Assembly: GCA_964016885.1 (NCBI GenBank)
Contig: OZ024766.1
Span: 9,610,001 to 9,674,000, forward strand
Direction of reading: 5' to 3'
Length of the DNA stretch: 64,000 bases
DNA from: Eledone cirrhosa
Lineage: Eukaryota
This document shows, in pieces, positions 14,324-26,286 of this stretch. Numbering within the stretch: the stretch's first letter is position 1; the number at the start of each line of letters is the position of its first letter. A model generated the notes under the pieces. It was given only the letters and a program-made list of their open reading frames with translations. It was not told where the DNA came from and searched no databases. The translations under genes and the position numbers were made by a program.

Positions 14324-14647
14324 GGGAGACATGATATGAAGCTTAAAAAACACTTGCGACCAGTGAAGTGTTAAATCAACATATGAAAAATAAAGTAAGA
14401 TGGATATATGAGATTGGGAAAAAAAGGAGAGGGGGTTAGGAAAAGGTAAGGAAGAGGAAGAAAGAAAATAAAGGATGACGGGGGAGGAGTATAAGAACGA
14501 AGGATGAGAGAGGAGGAGAAATGAGAGAGAGAGAGAGAGAGAAATAGGCTTTACAACTGAGAAAACATTGTCTCCAGTCCTACAAACTGTAGAGTGCTAC
14601 TTATCCAATATCTGCATTGCTTTATTGTGCTACAATAAAACTCATCT

Positions 14648-14698
<51 letters not shown>

Positions 14699-14860
14699 TG
14701 TTATACTTTGGGAGGGTCATGTTGCCAATGAGAAACACACGCACCAGTTGCTTTCACTTCAATTTATTATATATTTATAAATTTATAAATTTACAAATCC
14801 ACAAACTTATAAATTTCTGGTTGGTTGGTTGGTTCCACAACCAGATAGTTGTTTATATAT

Positions 14861-14905
14861 AGTCATAGTCCTTTCGTCACACACTCTGTGACCTCTTCAG
14901 TGACT
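14861..14905 (-). ncRNA. Type I hammerhead motif, family B
   Basis: agtca-CTGAAGA-g gtcaca gagtg tgtgac-GAAA-ggac-TA-tgact. Confidence 0.8.
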
Positions 14906-15377
14906 GGGGATTCCTTTCTTTGTTTCTGTGCCTTTCCTTTCTTCTGTCCTACGCTATTTTGTTTCTGTGTGTGTGTGTTGTGTGCTCAGTTTGCGCATGC
15001 GCCACATCCGGGTGTCTGTGTGTGTTTGTGTTCATTTATCTATTTGTTTATTTATTTACATGTTGTTGGTTGGTTGTTTGTTCTATGTGTGTGTGTGTTT
15101 TCATTTTGTCCTTAATTGTAAGTTGTGATGTTGCTGTTCCACTCATATTTTCTATTTAATTTTGGTTGTAATTCTTTTATGCTTACTGCCTCTGTAATTT
15201 GCCTAAAAAAGCAACTGGTGAAAGCAACTGGTGCGTGTGTTTCTTATTGGCAACATGACCCCCCCAAGTATAACAATATCGGTTTCAACACACGATTTCA
15301 GATAAAGAATCTTGCTAAACAAATTCAGAAACGAAATATATATATTTAGTTATGTAATAAACAACATAAGGCAATTA

Positions 15378-15438
15378 TTTCATTTACCAGTGGTTTCTTA
15401 ATAGCAAAAAAATTTTGCTTTCAATCATCAGAATGAAA
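15378..15438 (-). ncRNA. Type I hammerhead motif, family C (decayed copy at ~59705-59775)
   Basis: tttcatt-CTGATGA-(agcaaaa ttt ttttgct)-GAAA-cc act gg-TA-aatgaaa; partial inverted copy at 15458-15480. Confidence 0.8.
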
Positions 15439-15558
15439 AAATCCTGGTTTTTTTCACTCTGATGATTGAAAGCAAAATTTATTACATAAATATTAAGCTC
15501 TGTTACCTACATAGAGCACTCTTTTTTCCTGGACTTTTCCGACGGAATTACTTCATTT

Positions 15559-15645
<87 letters not shown>

Positions 15646-15735
15646 CATGCATGCATACATACATACATACATACATACATACATACATACATACATACAT
15701 ACATACATACATACATACATACATACATACATACA

Positions 15736-15771
<36 letters not shown>

Positions 15772-16173
15772 TATGTGAAGGCGTGTGGCTGAGTGGTTAG
15801 AGAATTGGATTCGCAATCGTAAGGTTGTGAGTTCGATTCCTGGACCAGGCGATGCGTTATGTCCTTGAGCAAGACACTTTATTTCACGTTGCTCCTTCTA
15901 CCTGGAGTTGCGACCGATAGATAGTATTAGCAATTGGAAAGACCAACGGAAACATTGTTCCCTCGGTCCGATTTGACTAAAGTCGATCGTTCAAAAAAAA
16001 ATATATATATATATAATGGTCCATACGTCTATATAAACCCGGATGTTTATTATAGAAGGAACATCTATTTATATGTCACCGTCTCGTTGTAACTATGTTG
16101 ATGTTTAGAAGTTAACTATGGCTGGTAAATTTTCTCTTTTTTAAAGATTATTGTCGCTTTATTTTGTTTTATA

Positions 16174-16205
<32 letters not shown>

Positions 16206-16631
16206 CATATATATATATATATGGCATACATGACTTTTAGCGGTCGCAATAATGAAAGTAAATTTATTTTCATTTTCGAACGTCGTCTTTACATTTTGTG
16301 TGAAGCTTCTTCTTTGCACGACTCCATGTGTTCTCTATGAGCTCTGTGTGCACATCAGGGTCCGCAGGATCTACAAAGTTCCGTTCGTGCACCACAACAT
16401 CAGGAACGTAAATCCCTCCTTCAATTTCCTCAATTTCCGAATAGGAAGCCCAACCATCGGAGGTGGTGCGGCTGCCTGGCAAAATCCCTGCTGAATGATG
16501 GGGACGAGAGTGTCAGAGCTTCGATTTGGGACTTCTACAAGGCAGCAGCATCCAGAATGGCGGACTCACCATTCTGCAAGCCTCATGACAAGATTACTTC
16601 GGTATTGAGTACTCTTCTCTCAACCGTAACT

Positions 16632-16682
<51 letters not shown>

Positions 16683-16785
16683 ACGTGAAACTAATTTGTG
16701 ACAGTTACAATTCATACAAATGTGTATGTGTGCATAAATATATATATATATACACATATATATATATATATATACAGACACATAT

Positions 16786-16960
16786 CTAAGGCGGGTAAAA
16801 TTCCCGAGATCCATGGACGAGTTCTCTCCAGCGGTCTCTGTCCCTCATTATCGCTGCCATGTCCTGCATCTCCAACAGACCAGTGTCTGTCCTTAGGGCA
16901 TCAACATATGTTAACCTTGGTCTTCCTCTTCTAGTGTGTCCATGTAGGGGCTCCCAAAGG
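16786..16960 (-). mobile_element. RTE-clade LINE C-terminal fragment nested in the Merlin relic
   Basis: LWEPLHGHTRRGRPRLTYVDALRTDTGL...MRDRDRWRELV. Confidence 0.75.
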
Positions 16961-17272
16961 ACACATATATATATACACATATATATACACACAAACACAC
17001 ATATATATACACACAAACACATATATACACACAAACATATATATACGTCTAAACCCATGCTTGCGTGGAAGATAGACGTTAAACGATGATGATGACACAA
17101 ACACATATATATATATATACAAAAACACACATATATATATATATATACATACCCACACACATACATATACACACCCACACATATATATATATATATTAAG
17201 AAATCCATACAATTGCGTGTGTATCGTAACTTTCAAAAATTAGTTTCACTTTTGAGTCCGCCCGTCTTGAGG

Positions 17273-17329
<57 letters not shown>

Positions 17330-17453
17330 AGGAGGTGAGTTTTATTGTAGTACAATAAAGCAATGCAGATATCGGATAAGAAGCACTCTACAGTTTGTAG
17401 GACTGGAGTATGCATAATATAAGATCAAAAGATGGTTAAAGGAGTTCCATGTA

Positions 17454-17520
17454 TTTTATTATGCGCATTTCAAAAACAAACATCATCATGCAATAATATT
17501 TGTGTTTTCATCAGATAAAA
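17454..17520 (-). ncRNA. Type I hammerhead motif, family A (diverged)
   Basis: ttttat-CTGATGA-...-GAAA-tGCGCa-TA-ataaaa; inverted flank 17415-17450 / 17587-17625. Confidence 0.72.
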
Positions 17521-17617
17521 CAGGAGAACATGATATGAAGGCTAAAAAACACTTGTGGATAGTGCAGTTTTAAATCAACATATCACATATGGAACTCCTT
17601 TAACCATCTTTTGATCT

Positions 17618-17656
<39 letters not shown>

Positions 17657-17900
17657 CAGTTAAAACGACAGAGGCTCTGATTCTGTCTTTAATCTCAGGA
17701 ACTAATTTAGATCTAAACACACACAAAATGTAAACACGACGTTCGAAAATGAAAATAAATTTACTTTCATTTTTCAGACCGTTAAAAGTCATGTATGCCT
17801 ACATATATATATATATAATATATACACACACACACATTTATATATAGAGAGAGAAATGTGTATATTTATATATACGTATATATATGCTGGGTCCGTCAAC

Positions 17901-17954
<54 letters not shown>

Positions 17955-18074
17955 ATTTTGATCATGCTTTTATTTTCAATTTCATTCGCACCGTTTCCTC
18001 CCACCCCCTTTTCGCTATATGTCTCTCCACCACTCCCCTACACACCCTTTGAACTCTCTTCCCACACACTTTTC

Positions 18075-18106
18075 ACCTGAAGAAGGGCTTATGCCCGAAA
18101 CGTCGT
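18075..18106 (+). ncRNA. Minimal hammerhead motif of the classic Penelope type
   Basis: ac-CTGAAGA-a gggc ttat gccc-GAAA-cg-TC-gt; AATAAA ~35 nt downstream, then (TA)n. Stem I is very short. Confidence 0.7.
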
Positions 18107-18192
18107 TCCCCACCACCGCCCCACTCTCCAGAGCGTGAAATTAATAAAATTCGTTGTACTGCCTCTCTGTTTTGTTCCTGTTCAAATTTTCC

Positions 18193-18233
<41 letters not shown>

Positions 18234-18371
18234 GTTATATAGAGGTTATATTTAATTTGTTGGGATACAACAAGCAAAATATTTTTATAACTGGTATAAA
18301 GCACTCAACAAATTATTGGAGTAAAAATACGATATATTAATAAATGGAAACTATATTTATAAAACCATATT

Positions 18372-18436
18372 TATTTCATTATACATATTTCAAGGACTCC
18401 AAGTTAAATTATGGTGCGTTTTCATCAGATAAAATA
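18372..18436 (-). ncRNA. Type I hammerhead motif, family D (left arm of an inverted pair)
   Basis: Reverse complement of the 18467-18532 motif with a few substitutions. Confidence 0.75.
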
Positions 18437-18466
18437 TAATATAGGTTATAAAACTAACCTATATTA

Positions 18467-18532
18467 TATTTTATCTGATGAAAGCGCACCATAGTTTACC
18501 TTGGTGCTCCTTGAAATATGTATAATGAAATA
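18467..18532 (+). ncRNA. Type I hammerhead motif, family D
   Basis: tattttat-CTGATGA-(gcacca...tggtgc)-GAAA-t atgt a-TA-atgaaata. Confidence 0.8.
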
Positions 18533-18570
18533 AATATGGTTTTATAAATATAGTTTCCATTTGTTAATAT

Positions 18571-18611
<41 letters not shown>

Positions 18612-18651
18612 GGAAAGTTATATAAACAGTTTTATAGATCTGTTTATATTG

Positions 18652-18717
18652 TATTTTGTCTGAGGAAGGCATAGCATATTGTTAATATGATATCCCCGAA
18701 ATATATATAATGAAATA
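18652..18717 (+). ncRNA. Type I hammerhead motif, family D variant with a different domain II
   Basis: tattttgt-CTGAGGA-(catatt gtt aatatg)-GAAA-t ATAT a-TA-atgaaata. Confidence 0.72.
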
Positions 18718-18847
18718 AATATGGTTTTATAAATATAGTTTCCATTTATTTAATATTGTAAATATACTCCAAATATTTGTCGAGTGCTTTTATATCAGTT
18801 ATAAATATTTACTAGTTGTAACCCAACAATTTTAAATATAACTTTCC

Positions 18848-18902
<55 letters not shown>

Positions 18903-18940
18903 ATATTAACAAATGGAAACTATATTTATAAAACCATATT

Positions 18941-19006
18941 TATTTCATGATACATATTTCAAGGAGCACCAAGGTAAACTATGGTGCGCTTTCATCAGAT
19001 AAAATA
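18941..19006 (-). ncRNA. Type I hammerhead motif, family D
   Basis: Same as 18467-18532 on the minus strand, cleavage triplet AUC. Confidence 0.78.
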
Positions 19007-19217
19007 TAGCCGCGTTCCAAAATACCTTATCCCATGCAACACCGGGTACCACTGCTAGTATGTAATATAAGACAAGTTAGTAGCATTCAAATATGTTTAT
19101 ATTATATATATATATATATATAGTAGTGAAAAAGTGAAGAATAACATGGTCGGCTGTACAAAAAGGGTTTTATTTACAGTATTAACAATTGTTTCATTGA
19201 CCAGGTGAGCCTAAAGG

Positions 19218-19274
<57 letters not shown>

Positions 19275-19404
19275 TAAATATATATATATTAATAAGAGGA
19301 ATTCCAACTTTGTCTGATTTACTCGTTTTATTTACAATCCTTTAAAATATATAATGGTATTATAATGAAATAGTATGATAGAATATTAAATTCTAAGTGT
19401 TAAT

Positions 19405-19443
19405 TGAACAAGTACTTTCATGCTTTCGCAATCTTCAGGTTCA
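19405..19443 (-). ncRNA. Type I hammerhead motif, family E (left arm)
   Basis: Exact reverse complement of 19583-19621. Confidence 0.8.
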
Positions 19444-19582
19444 TAATATGTGGTGACAGTCGAGTTTGCAATTTTCAACTGTAATGAGATGGGTAAATTT
19501 CTGTATAAAATGTATAAAAGGTAGGAAATTTACCCATCTCATTACAGTTGAAAATTGCAAACTCGACTGTCACCACATATTA

Positions 19583-19621
19583 TGAACCTGAAGATTGCGA
19601 AAGCATGAAAGTACTTGTTCA
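19583..19621 (+). ncRNA. Type I hammerhead motif, family E (right arm)
   Basis: tgaac-CTGAAGA-t tgc GAAA gca t-GAAA-GTAC-TT-gttca. Confidence 0.8.
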
Positions 19622-20185
19622 ATTAACACTTAGAATTTAATATTCTATCATACTATTTCATTATAATACCATTATATATTTTAAAGGATTGTAAATAAAA
19701 GGAGTAAATCAGACAAAGTTGGAATTCCTCTTATTAATATAATCTTCTATACACAATCATACACACCCGTGTATATTTACCTAGAGCATTGGCCTTGCAA
19801 TCGAAAGGTTGTGAGTTCAATTCTCAGACCGGGTGATGTGTTGTTTCCTTGAGCAAGACACTTTATTTCACATTGCTCCAGTTTATTCAGCTGTAGAAAT
19901 GAGATAATAGGGACTGGAGCCCCTATCATTCCACTGCAAGGTGCTACGGCAAAAAAGCACCCAGCACTCACTGTAAATGAGGTTGGTGTTAGGAAGGGCA
20001 TCCAGCTGTAGAAATCAAGCCAGAATCAGTTCCCGTCCCACCCTTGTAAGCAGGGAAAAGAGGACGTAAAATGATGATTCATATATATATTAACTCACTC
20101 GATATGCGAATTAGGCTGCTCAGCCATTAATATGCATAAGGAAAGTATATACTTTCAGACGTTCAATCATCTGGCAGGAAGGTAT

Positions 20186-20228
20186 ACGTTGCTGACGATA
20201 GCTAATAAGCTTGAAACTAGTACAGCGT
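20186..20228 (+). ncRNA. Type I hammerhead motif, family F
   Basis: acgttg-CTGACGA-t agct aata agct t-GAAA-CTAG-TA-cagcgt; 6-bp stem I with one G-U. Confidence 0.82.
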
Positions 20229-20555
20229 TCTTTTGTCAGTGTTGAACAAATGAGCAACGATGGTTGCTAGACACTGTACGGCTTAATTCGGGATGTTTGT
20301 TTACAAACACACCGAGCATTATAATAAATGTTCGGTGAATCCATACGTGTATATATATATATACATACTACTGTACGTCTGTATACATACTTATATTTAA
20401 GTAACAGCCGTACTAAGAGTGAGAAATGAAATTTTATTTCATTTTTTCCGTTTATATATATATATATATATATATACATAAATATATATATATATATATA
20501 TATATGTACTTATACATACATGATATATATATATATATATTATATATTTATACTT

Positions 20556-20586
<31 letters not shown>

Positions 20587-21621
20587 GGTTTAGCGTCCGT
20601 GTTCCACGCTTGCATGGGTTTGGACGGGGGTTTTCCCACTTGAGGCAAGAGTGGTTGTCTTGCTCGCATAGGACTGTCTGGCGGGTTTTCTACAGCTGGA
20701 TGCCCTTCCTAACACCAACCACATTTATACATATATTGCTTTCACTTCAATTTATTATAAATTTAGGAATTTCTATGTATAATATACACACACGGTATCC
20801 TACTGAGTACAACAACGTATATCCGTGTGTAACATTTTCAACAACACTGGAACAATATTGAAAACAAAACTTTTAATAAAATAATTTTATGGCGATTTAT
20901 TCATCGAATTAGAAATAAAATTGGTATGAAAAAGGCTATAGACAGGGTAGGGATTCGAATTTGAGAGTTTGTTGTCTTTTAAGTCTCCTATACTGAACAT
21001 ATTCTTTTCCGTAGAATACGGAAATAGATTCCAGTTTGGGGTGGGTCATCAACTGATCAGTTAAATGTCGCAAACATGTGTGGTAAATACATATACACCA
21101 AGTCCGAACACAAGGGAATTCTCACTGCCTCCATGTCTTGCTTTTATGAGCAAATGGAGGAGCAGGTGCGGCGCCGGAATAGAGAAGGCATTGCCACGTA
21201 GCCACTGCTGCTGGCGGGGCTCACACCTGCAGGTAGCTAACTGTGTTGGTGGTAAGTTAAAATTACATATTTTTTAAAAAGATTATAGCGAAGATACTGG
21301 GTTGTATGAATGTAACAAAACGAGGCATTGTGTTTGTGGAGATATATATTTAATTAACAATGGTAGATAGTATAGTTGACATGTCAAAGAAATAGATGGT
21401 AGAATGAAACAAAGTTAGTAGTTACCGTTTTGATTGCCAGGCAAACGCGGCTGGCAGAGGAGCCTGGCTAAGGCCAGCCAGGCCAAATGAGAGGCTCTTG
21501 GCCTGGTGCCGAAAAGGCAATGAGAGAATGAGAACTTAAAGTTGTTAGTTTTATAGGGTTCTGACCGGAAGTTGCAGAAAGGGTTCTACTTCCTGTCTGG
21601 ATGATAACCCAAACAAAGGAG

Positions 21622-22689
21622 TCAATCGCTACAAGATGATAAATGTAAACTCTTTTCTATATCTTCTTCCTTACTCAGAATACGTTGAAAACGTTCTCTG
21701 TTCAACTTCGTAGGCTTCTTGGAGCCCTTATAAACTATGAGGTCATCATTGTAGGTTGTCAAAATACAAAGGTTAGGATTTAATCCGAAGAGTTTTGAAA
21801 GTGACTCTTTTTCCATAAACTCTAGGTCTGATATATCTTGTATATATATGTAGATTTTAATTTCTGGTATAATTTCCCCAATATATTCATTTAACATGTC
21901 AAACAATGTTTTCTCCGGCTTTATTTCATCAAATATTTGTAAATGGAACGATGGTTTCAATGTAATTTTCCCACCACTTTCATCCATTCTGATGAAATAC
22001 ACAAGAGTTTTACAGAGAGTGACTTTCGCACGCTCTAGATTACTGAAAATATTGGCGACACTAGTAAACTTCATTTTGTTGAATATGTGATTATCAATGG
22101 AGTACATATGAAATTTTTCATAAGATTCTTTCACACATAAACACGTTTCAATTCTCCTTCCTATAATCAGAACTATTATTTGTTTTTGTTCCCCGAAAAT
22201 ATCATAAAGCATTTTACAAAACTGGTGAATTTCCATTTTAATTTCATCATTCCACTTGATACCGATTAAAATATTATCAGCCAACGGCTCACGAAATTTA
22301 TATTTCTCCTCAACTTTTTTTATGGCTTCTTTGATATCTTCTTCGTAAATAAATTGCTTCGGTATATTGTCAGAAAAACACGAAACATGTATACCCTTCT
22401 CTGGCCGTGTACAATGAATCATGAAAGCAAAATTGCGCTCAGATTTCCTGATCTTATCTGCAACCTTTTTATCGTATTTATCCAAAATGCCCAAAAACGT
22501 TTCATATTTATATGTATAATAGCTTACCATTTCTAATAACTGTTGGCTTTTTTTAAAATTATCCTGTGGACAATTCATCACAAACATATGCTCATGTTTA
22601 TTTAAAATGTGCTCCGCCAAGGCTTCATCGATAACTTTATCGATATTTTCAATAGCTTCTTCTAATTTCCATTTTCTAACAACTTCCAT
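21622..22689 (-). CDS. Intronless 355-aa protein with an N-terminal CARD/death-fold-like domain and an unrecognised C-terminal region
   Basis: Non-repetitive open frame of 1068 nt with ATG and stop in AT-rich DNA. Residues ~5-82 (IENIDKVIDEALAEHIL...KKSQQLLEMV...YETFLGILDKYDKKVADKI) follow the CARD helix pattern. Confidence 0.72.
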   Translation of the reverse strand: MEVVRKWKLEEAIENIDKVIDEALAEHILNKHEHMFVMNCPQDNFKKSQQLLEMVSYYTYKYETFLGILDKYDKKVADKIRKSERNFAFMIHCTRPEKGIHVSCFSDNIPKQFIYEEDIKEAIKKVEEKYKFREPLADNILIGIKWNDEIKMEIHQFCKMLYDIFGEQKQIIVLIIGRRIETCLCVKESYEKFHMYSIDNHIFNKMKFTSVANIFSNLERAKVTLCKTLVYFIRMDESGGKITLKPSFHLQIFDEIKPEKTLFDMLNEYIGEIIPEIKIYIYIQDISDLEFMEKESLSKLFGLNPNLCILTTYNDDLIVYKGSKKPTKLNRERFQRILSKEEDIEKSLHLSSCSD

Positions 22690-22999
22690 AGTTTTTACGT
22701 GGTACAGACACAGAAAAGTCGTCTTTATTTGACACGTTCAATACAACCAGGAAATAACAAACTAGAGTTATCTACCCTGCCTTCTTATTATCTTGGATGT
22801 CAAGTACTGACCTCTGTTTCGCTTCACTGCCAAACAGCGGCGCGTGACTTAATTCCGTCTCCTCCTCATCAACCGGTACCCCCTTTTCGCATATTTTCAG
22901 CTGTCACTCCCCATATTTCACTACTATGCAGCATTTCACGTCGAACACATTCGCAGAAAGAAACATTTTGTTGTCAACAGAGGTAGTAGCTCTCCATTC

Positions 23000-24600
23000 T
23001 TATTTTAGTTATTCTACTGCTAATTTGGTTACTTAGATAGCAGTAGGTGTCAACCACTTTTATGGATCCTACATGGGATTGAAAATGGTGTATAACACTG
23101 ACACTCTTACTACCAATTTTCACTGAACATCTATTACATACAAAATCTTCCTTTCCTGTCAGTCTGCCTGCTATACCGCTTATGTACCCAAGATTTGTAT
23201 TGTCTACATCGTATAGAGTTTCTACATATTGAACAGGTTCATTTCCCTGGTGGGATCCGGGTCCTGTCTTCTTCCCTGCTTATTAACACTTTAGTCTTTT
23301 CTAAGTTAACTCTCTGCCCTTTTGTTTGTAAATTCTGTTTCCACAATCGGAATTTATTCTCTAGTTCTTCCACAGACTTGGATATAGAGCCAGATCATCA
23401 GCATACAAAGGTTCCCATGGACAATGTGTCTTATTCCTCTGTTATGGCCTGAAGAACTATAATAAACAGAAGTGAGCTGAGAACCGAGACTTGGTGTATT
23501 CCTACTTGTTCTCTGAATTCCTTGCTGAACTCACTTCCTTCTCTTGCTTTACTCCGAACATAGCTTGCACTGTTCTCACAAGCCATTCTTCTGCACCTTT
23601 AGGACCACCAGATGACAGATCGTGGTACTCTGTCAAGGGCCTTCTTTAGATCAACAAGGGCTAGATGTAGAAGCTTACTCTTAGCTAAGAACTTGTAGTT
23701 GTCTTACTAAAATGAGCATCTGTGGTGCTCCTCCCTGGTACAAAACCAAACTTCATTTCATCTAGTTTGACTCTTTCCCTAATTAGTTGCGTTAGAACTA
23801 TTTTTGTCACTTTCATAACTTGGTCCATTAGTTATGGCCCTTCAGTTGCTCCTGTCTAGAGCATCACTTTTTCCTTGTAGCACTTAATGGTTATACTGCT
23901 GTGCAAGTCATTAGATATGACGCCGTCCGTCCTGTATTATCTGATTGATTATGCAGGTGACCAGTTCAACTTCTTTCCCAGATACTTTCTGCATCTCAGT
24001 GACTATCTCAGATGCTCTTACAGCTTTACCATTTTTCAAGATCTTGATTGCTTCTTTGACCCTATACCTGTCAATTCCGATGGTCCCTCTGTTGAGACAG
24101 CTAGAGGTACTTTCCCTTCCTCCCACTCATTCTGTATATTCATCATTCTCTCAGTAATATATCCAGGGTAAATGCACCGATGCCCAATTCCCCAACAACA
24201 TCCTGATTCTTGGAATACATTGACAAACCTCCTTGCTTGTTATGTGTACCTGTTATCTAGCTTCTCTCTTATCTACTGGTCTTTGCTGGCCCTATTTTTC
24301 CAGTCTTTCCATGCATGTCCTTAATGACTCTATCCACTGTTTCTTTCCACTACCAGGTCACCAGGTCTCAAATCCCATCAGTAGTCTGTAGTAGGTTGTC
24401 ACATAACAACTTCCAATTGTCCTCTGTCATACATATCTAATTCATCTCCCCTTTCATACCTCCATCTCATAGAGCCTTTCTAACCCTATACTTAATTGAA
24501 ACATTCCTTAGCTTCTATACTTTCTTCTTTCAGATTCTCATAACTTCTGTCTTAAGCTTATTTGATGTCACTAGTTGGGGAATGCATCCTATCCAGCCAG
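23000..24600 (-). mobile_element. Old, decayed RTE-clade LINE (RT region)
   Basis: Minus-strand remnant ALVDLKKALDRVPRSVIWW (~23605-23670) and other broken RT motifs; many stops and frameshifts. Confidence 0.75.
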
Positions 24601-25110
24601 TATCTCAAAGAACTCCGTCATCCCATCAGGTGTAATGACTTAGGCTCTGGTGTTGGTGTAGAGCAGTGATATCAGGTCCACTATCTTCTTGGAGATTCCA
24701 TAAGCCTGTAAGATCTTCATCAGGCAGTGACGGTTCACAGAATCAAAGACCTTCCTAAAGTCAATGAAAACCATGACAGCAGGTAGGCTCTTTGCTCTAG
24801 CTCCCTCCAATATCCTCCTCAGCATCAGGATATGACTGGTGGTTGATCTTCCCTCTCTGAAGCTGTTCTGGTTGTTCCTGAGCTTCTTCTCCATCTCGGG
24901 CTGGATCCTGTTGAGGGTCTTTGCCAGAAGTGACGTCAGTGAGATCCCCCTGTAGTTGTTGCTGTTAGAGAGATCTCTCTTCTTTCGCACTGGGACGATG
25001 TTACTGTTCCTCCACTGATTCGGGGCAACTCCTTTCTCCAGTGCCTGGCTACAGAACTCTAGGATGATATCCAAATCACACCTCTTCATCACCTCTGATG
25101 CCACTCCATT
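24600..25110 (-). mobile_element. Non-LTR reverse-transcriptase fragment (RTE-like)
   Basis: PNQWRNSNIVPVRKK.DLS...NYRGISL...FREGRST...VFIDFRKVFDSV. Confidence 0.85.
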
Positions 25111-25189
25111 TTTTTCTTATTTTTCTCTCATTCTATTTTCTTATGAAGGACTAACATCTGAAACATTAAGACACTTTTCATACTATATC

Positions 25190-25912
25190 AAGCATTAAAC
25201 TAGCATGCATGCTCTGTTGGATGTGTAATAGTAATATATGTAAGCGGCAAAGCATAAATGAACTAAGTGAGAAATTAGGAATAAGAGGGATCAGATGCTG
25301 TTTACTTGAGAGAAGACTCCGTTGGTATGGCCATGTGATGCGCATGAAAGATGACAGCTGTATAAAAAAGTGCAGGGCGATCAAAATTGACGGTAGTTAC
25401 GGAGTAGGTAGACCCAGAAAAACCTGGGACGATCTGATAAATTCCGACCTTACACACTTACACCTCTCTAAGACAATGTCACTGGACCAAGATCTTTGGC
25501 GCTACACAGTAATACAGAAGACCTGCCTTGCCTATGTACAAAGCGAAACCTACAGTCAGTAGGAACCTCCTAACCAAATATACACCCCAATCCACTACCC
25601 ATACCCTATCCTCCCACTCACACCAACAGCACGAGATAATGAGATCGAGATCGTGTAGGTGTCACGACAAAAAAACACACAGTCCACGCTGTAATGTGGT
25701 CGTGTAGGTGTCACGGTAAAAAGTTCCCAGTTCCACACTGTAAATGTGGTTGGTGTTAGGAAGAGCATCCAGCCGTAGAAAACCTGCCAGATGGTCCTAA
25801 ACGAGCGAGACACGGTCACCCGACCAACCTTGCCTCAAATGGGACAACTTCCGTCTAATCCATGCTAGCGTGGAAAATGGACGTTAAACGAAGATGATGA
25901 TGATGATGATCA
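25190..25912 (+). mobile_element. RTE LINE 3' end: ORF C-terminus plus 3' UTR ending in (GAT)n (related copies 11440-11985 + and 29250-30112 -)
   Basis: ERRLRWYGHVMRM...GRPRKTW; tail 'ggacgttaaacgaagatgatgat'. Confidence 0.85.
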
Positions 25913-26084
25913 TTATGGTACTGCATTCTCCTATGTTGTTTTCTTTGTCGATGTTGCATATATTTATACATTTGATAGTGATAGTCTCATAGGTAAATGT
26001 ATAGTTATTGTGGTAAATAAAGTGTTTTATTTATGTATCACTGCCTCCCTCTCCCCATCTCTCACTATTATAAGCAGGAGCTCA

Positions 26085-26275
26085 CATGCTGGCCATGCTG
26101 CAGTCCTGGCAGACAGAATAGAGAAAGCGTTTCCCCGGAGGATGGTGAGCAAGACACATTGGAAGAGCGATTCTAGTTCACAGTGCTCACACCAGTGGGT
26201 AGCCAACTCCATGCCAATGGTGGTGAGTAGGGGGGTGGTCCTAGAGGCAAGGACACCAGAAATCTCTAAAGATAT
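26085..26275 (-). mobile_element. Decayed C-terminus of a CRE-like (restriction-like endonuclease) non-LTR element
   Basis: LTTIGMELA...ESLFQCVLLTILRGNAFSIL resembles the CRE terminal motif FLFQRISLAIQRGNA; a related decayed piece appears at ~21170-21235. Confidence 0.5.
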
Positions 26276-26286
26276 ATTCAAATTAA

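Larger units (their letters stand above)
16223..17799 (-). mobile_element. Merlin/IS1595-family DNA transposon relic with terminal inverted repeats and nested insertions
   Basis: Frameshifted transposase ~16270-16565: LVEVPNRSSDTLVPIIQQ/LPGSRTTSDGWASY...VVHERNFVDP...VHTELIENTWSRAK (DDE_Tnp_IS1595 signature). Inverted ends GGCATACATGACTTTT (16223) / AAAAGTCATGTATGCC (17799) extend ~80-90 bp. Confidence 0.78.

Noticed and set aside
21486-21535. SECIS element (ATGA...AAA...TGA)
   Set aside because: Spacing and helix II do not fit, and there is no selenoprotein ORF on that strand
21622-22689. Calling the CARD ORF a caspase or NLR
   Set aside because: No QACRG/HG catalytic motifs and no Walker A; left unnamed
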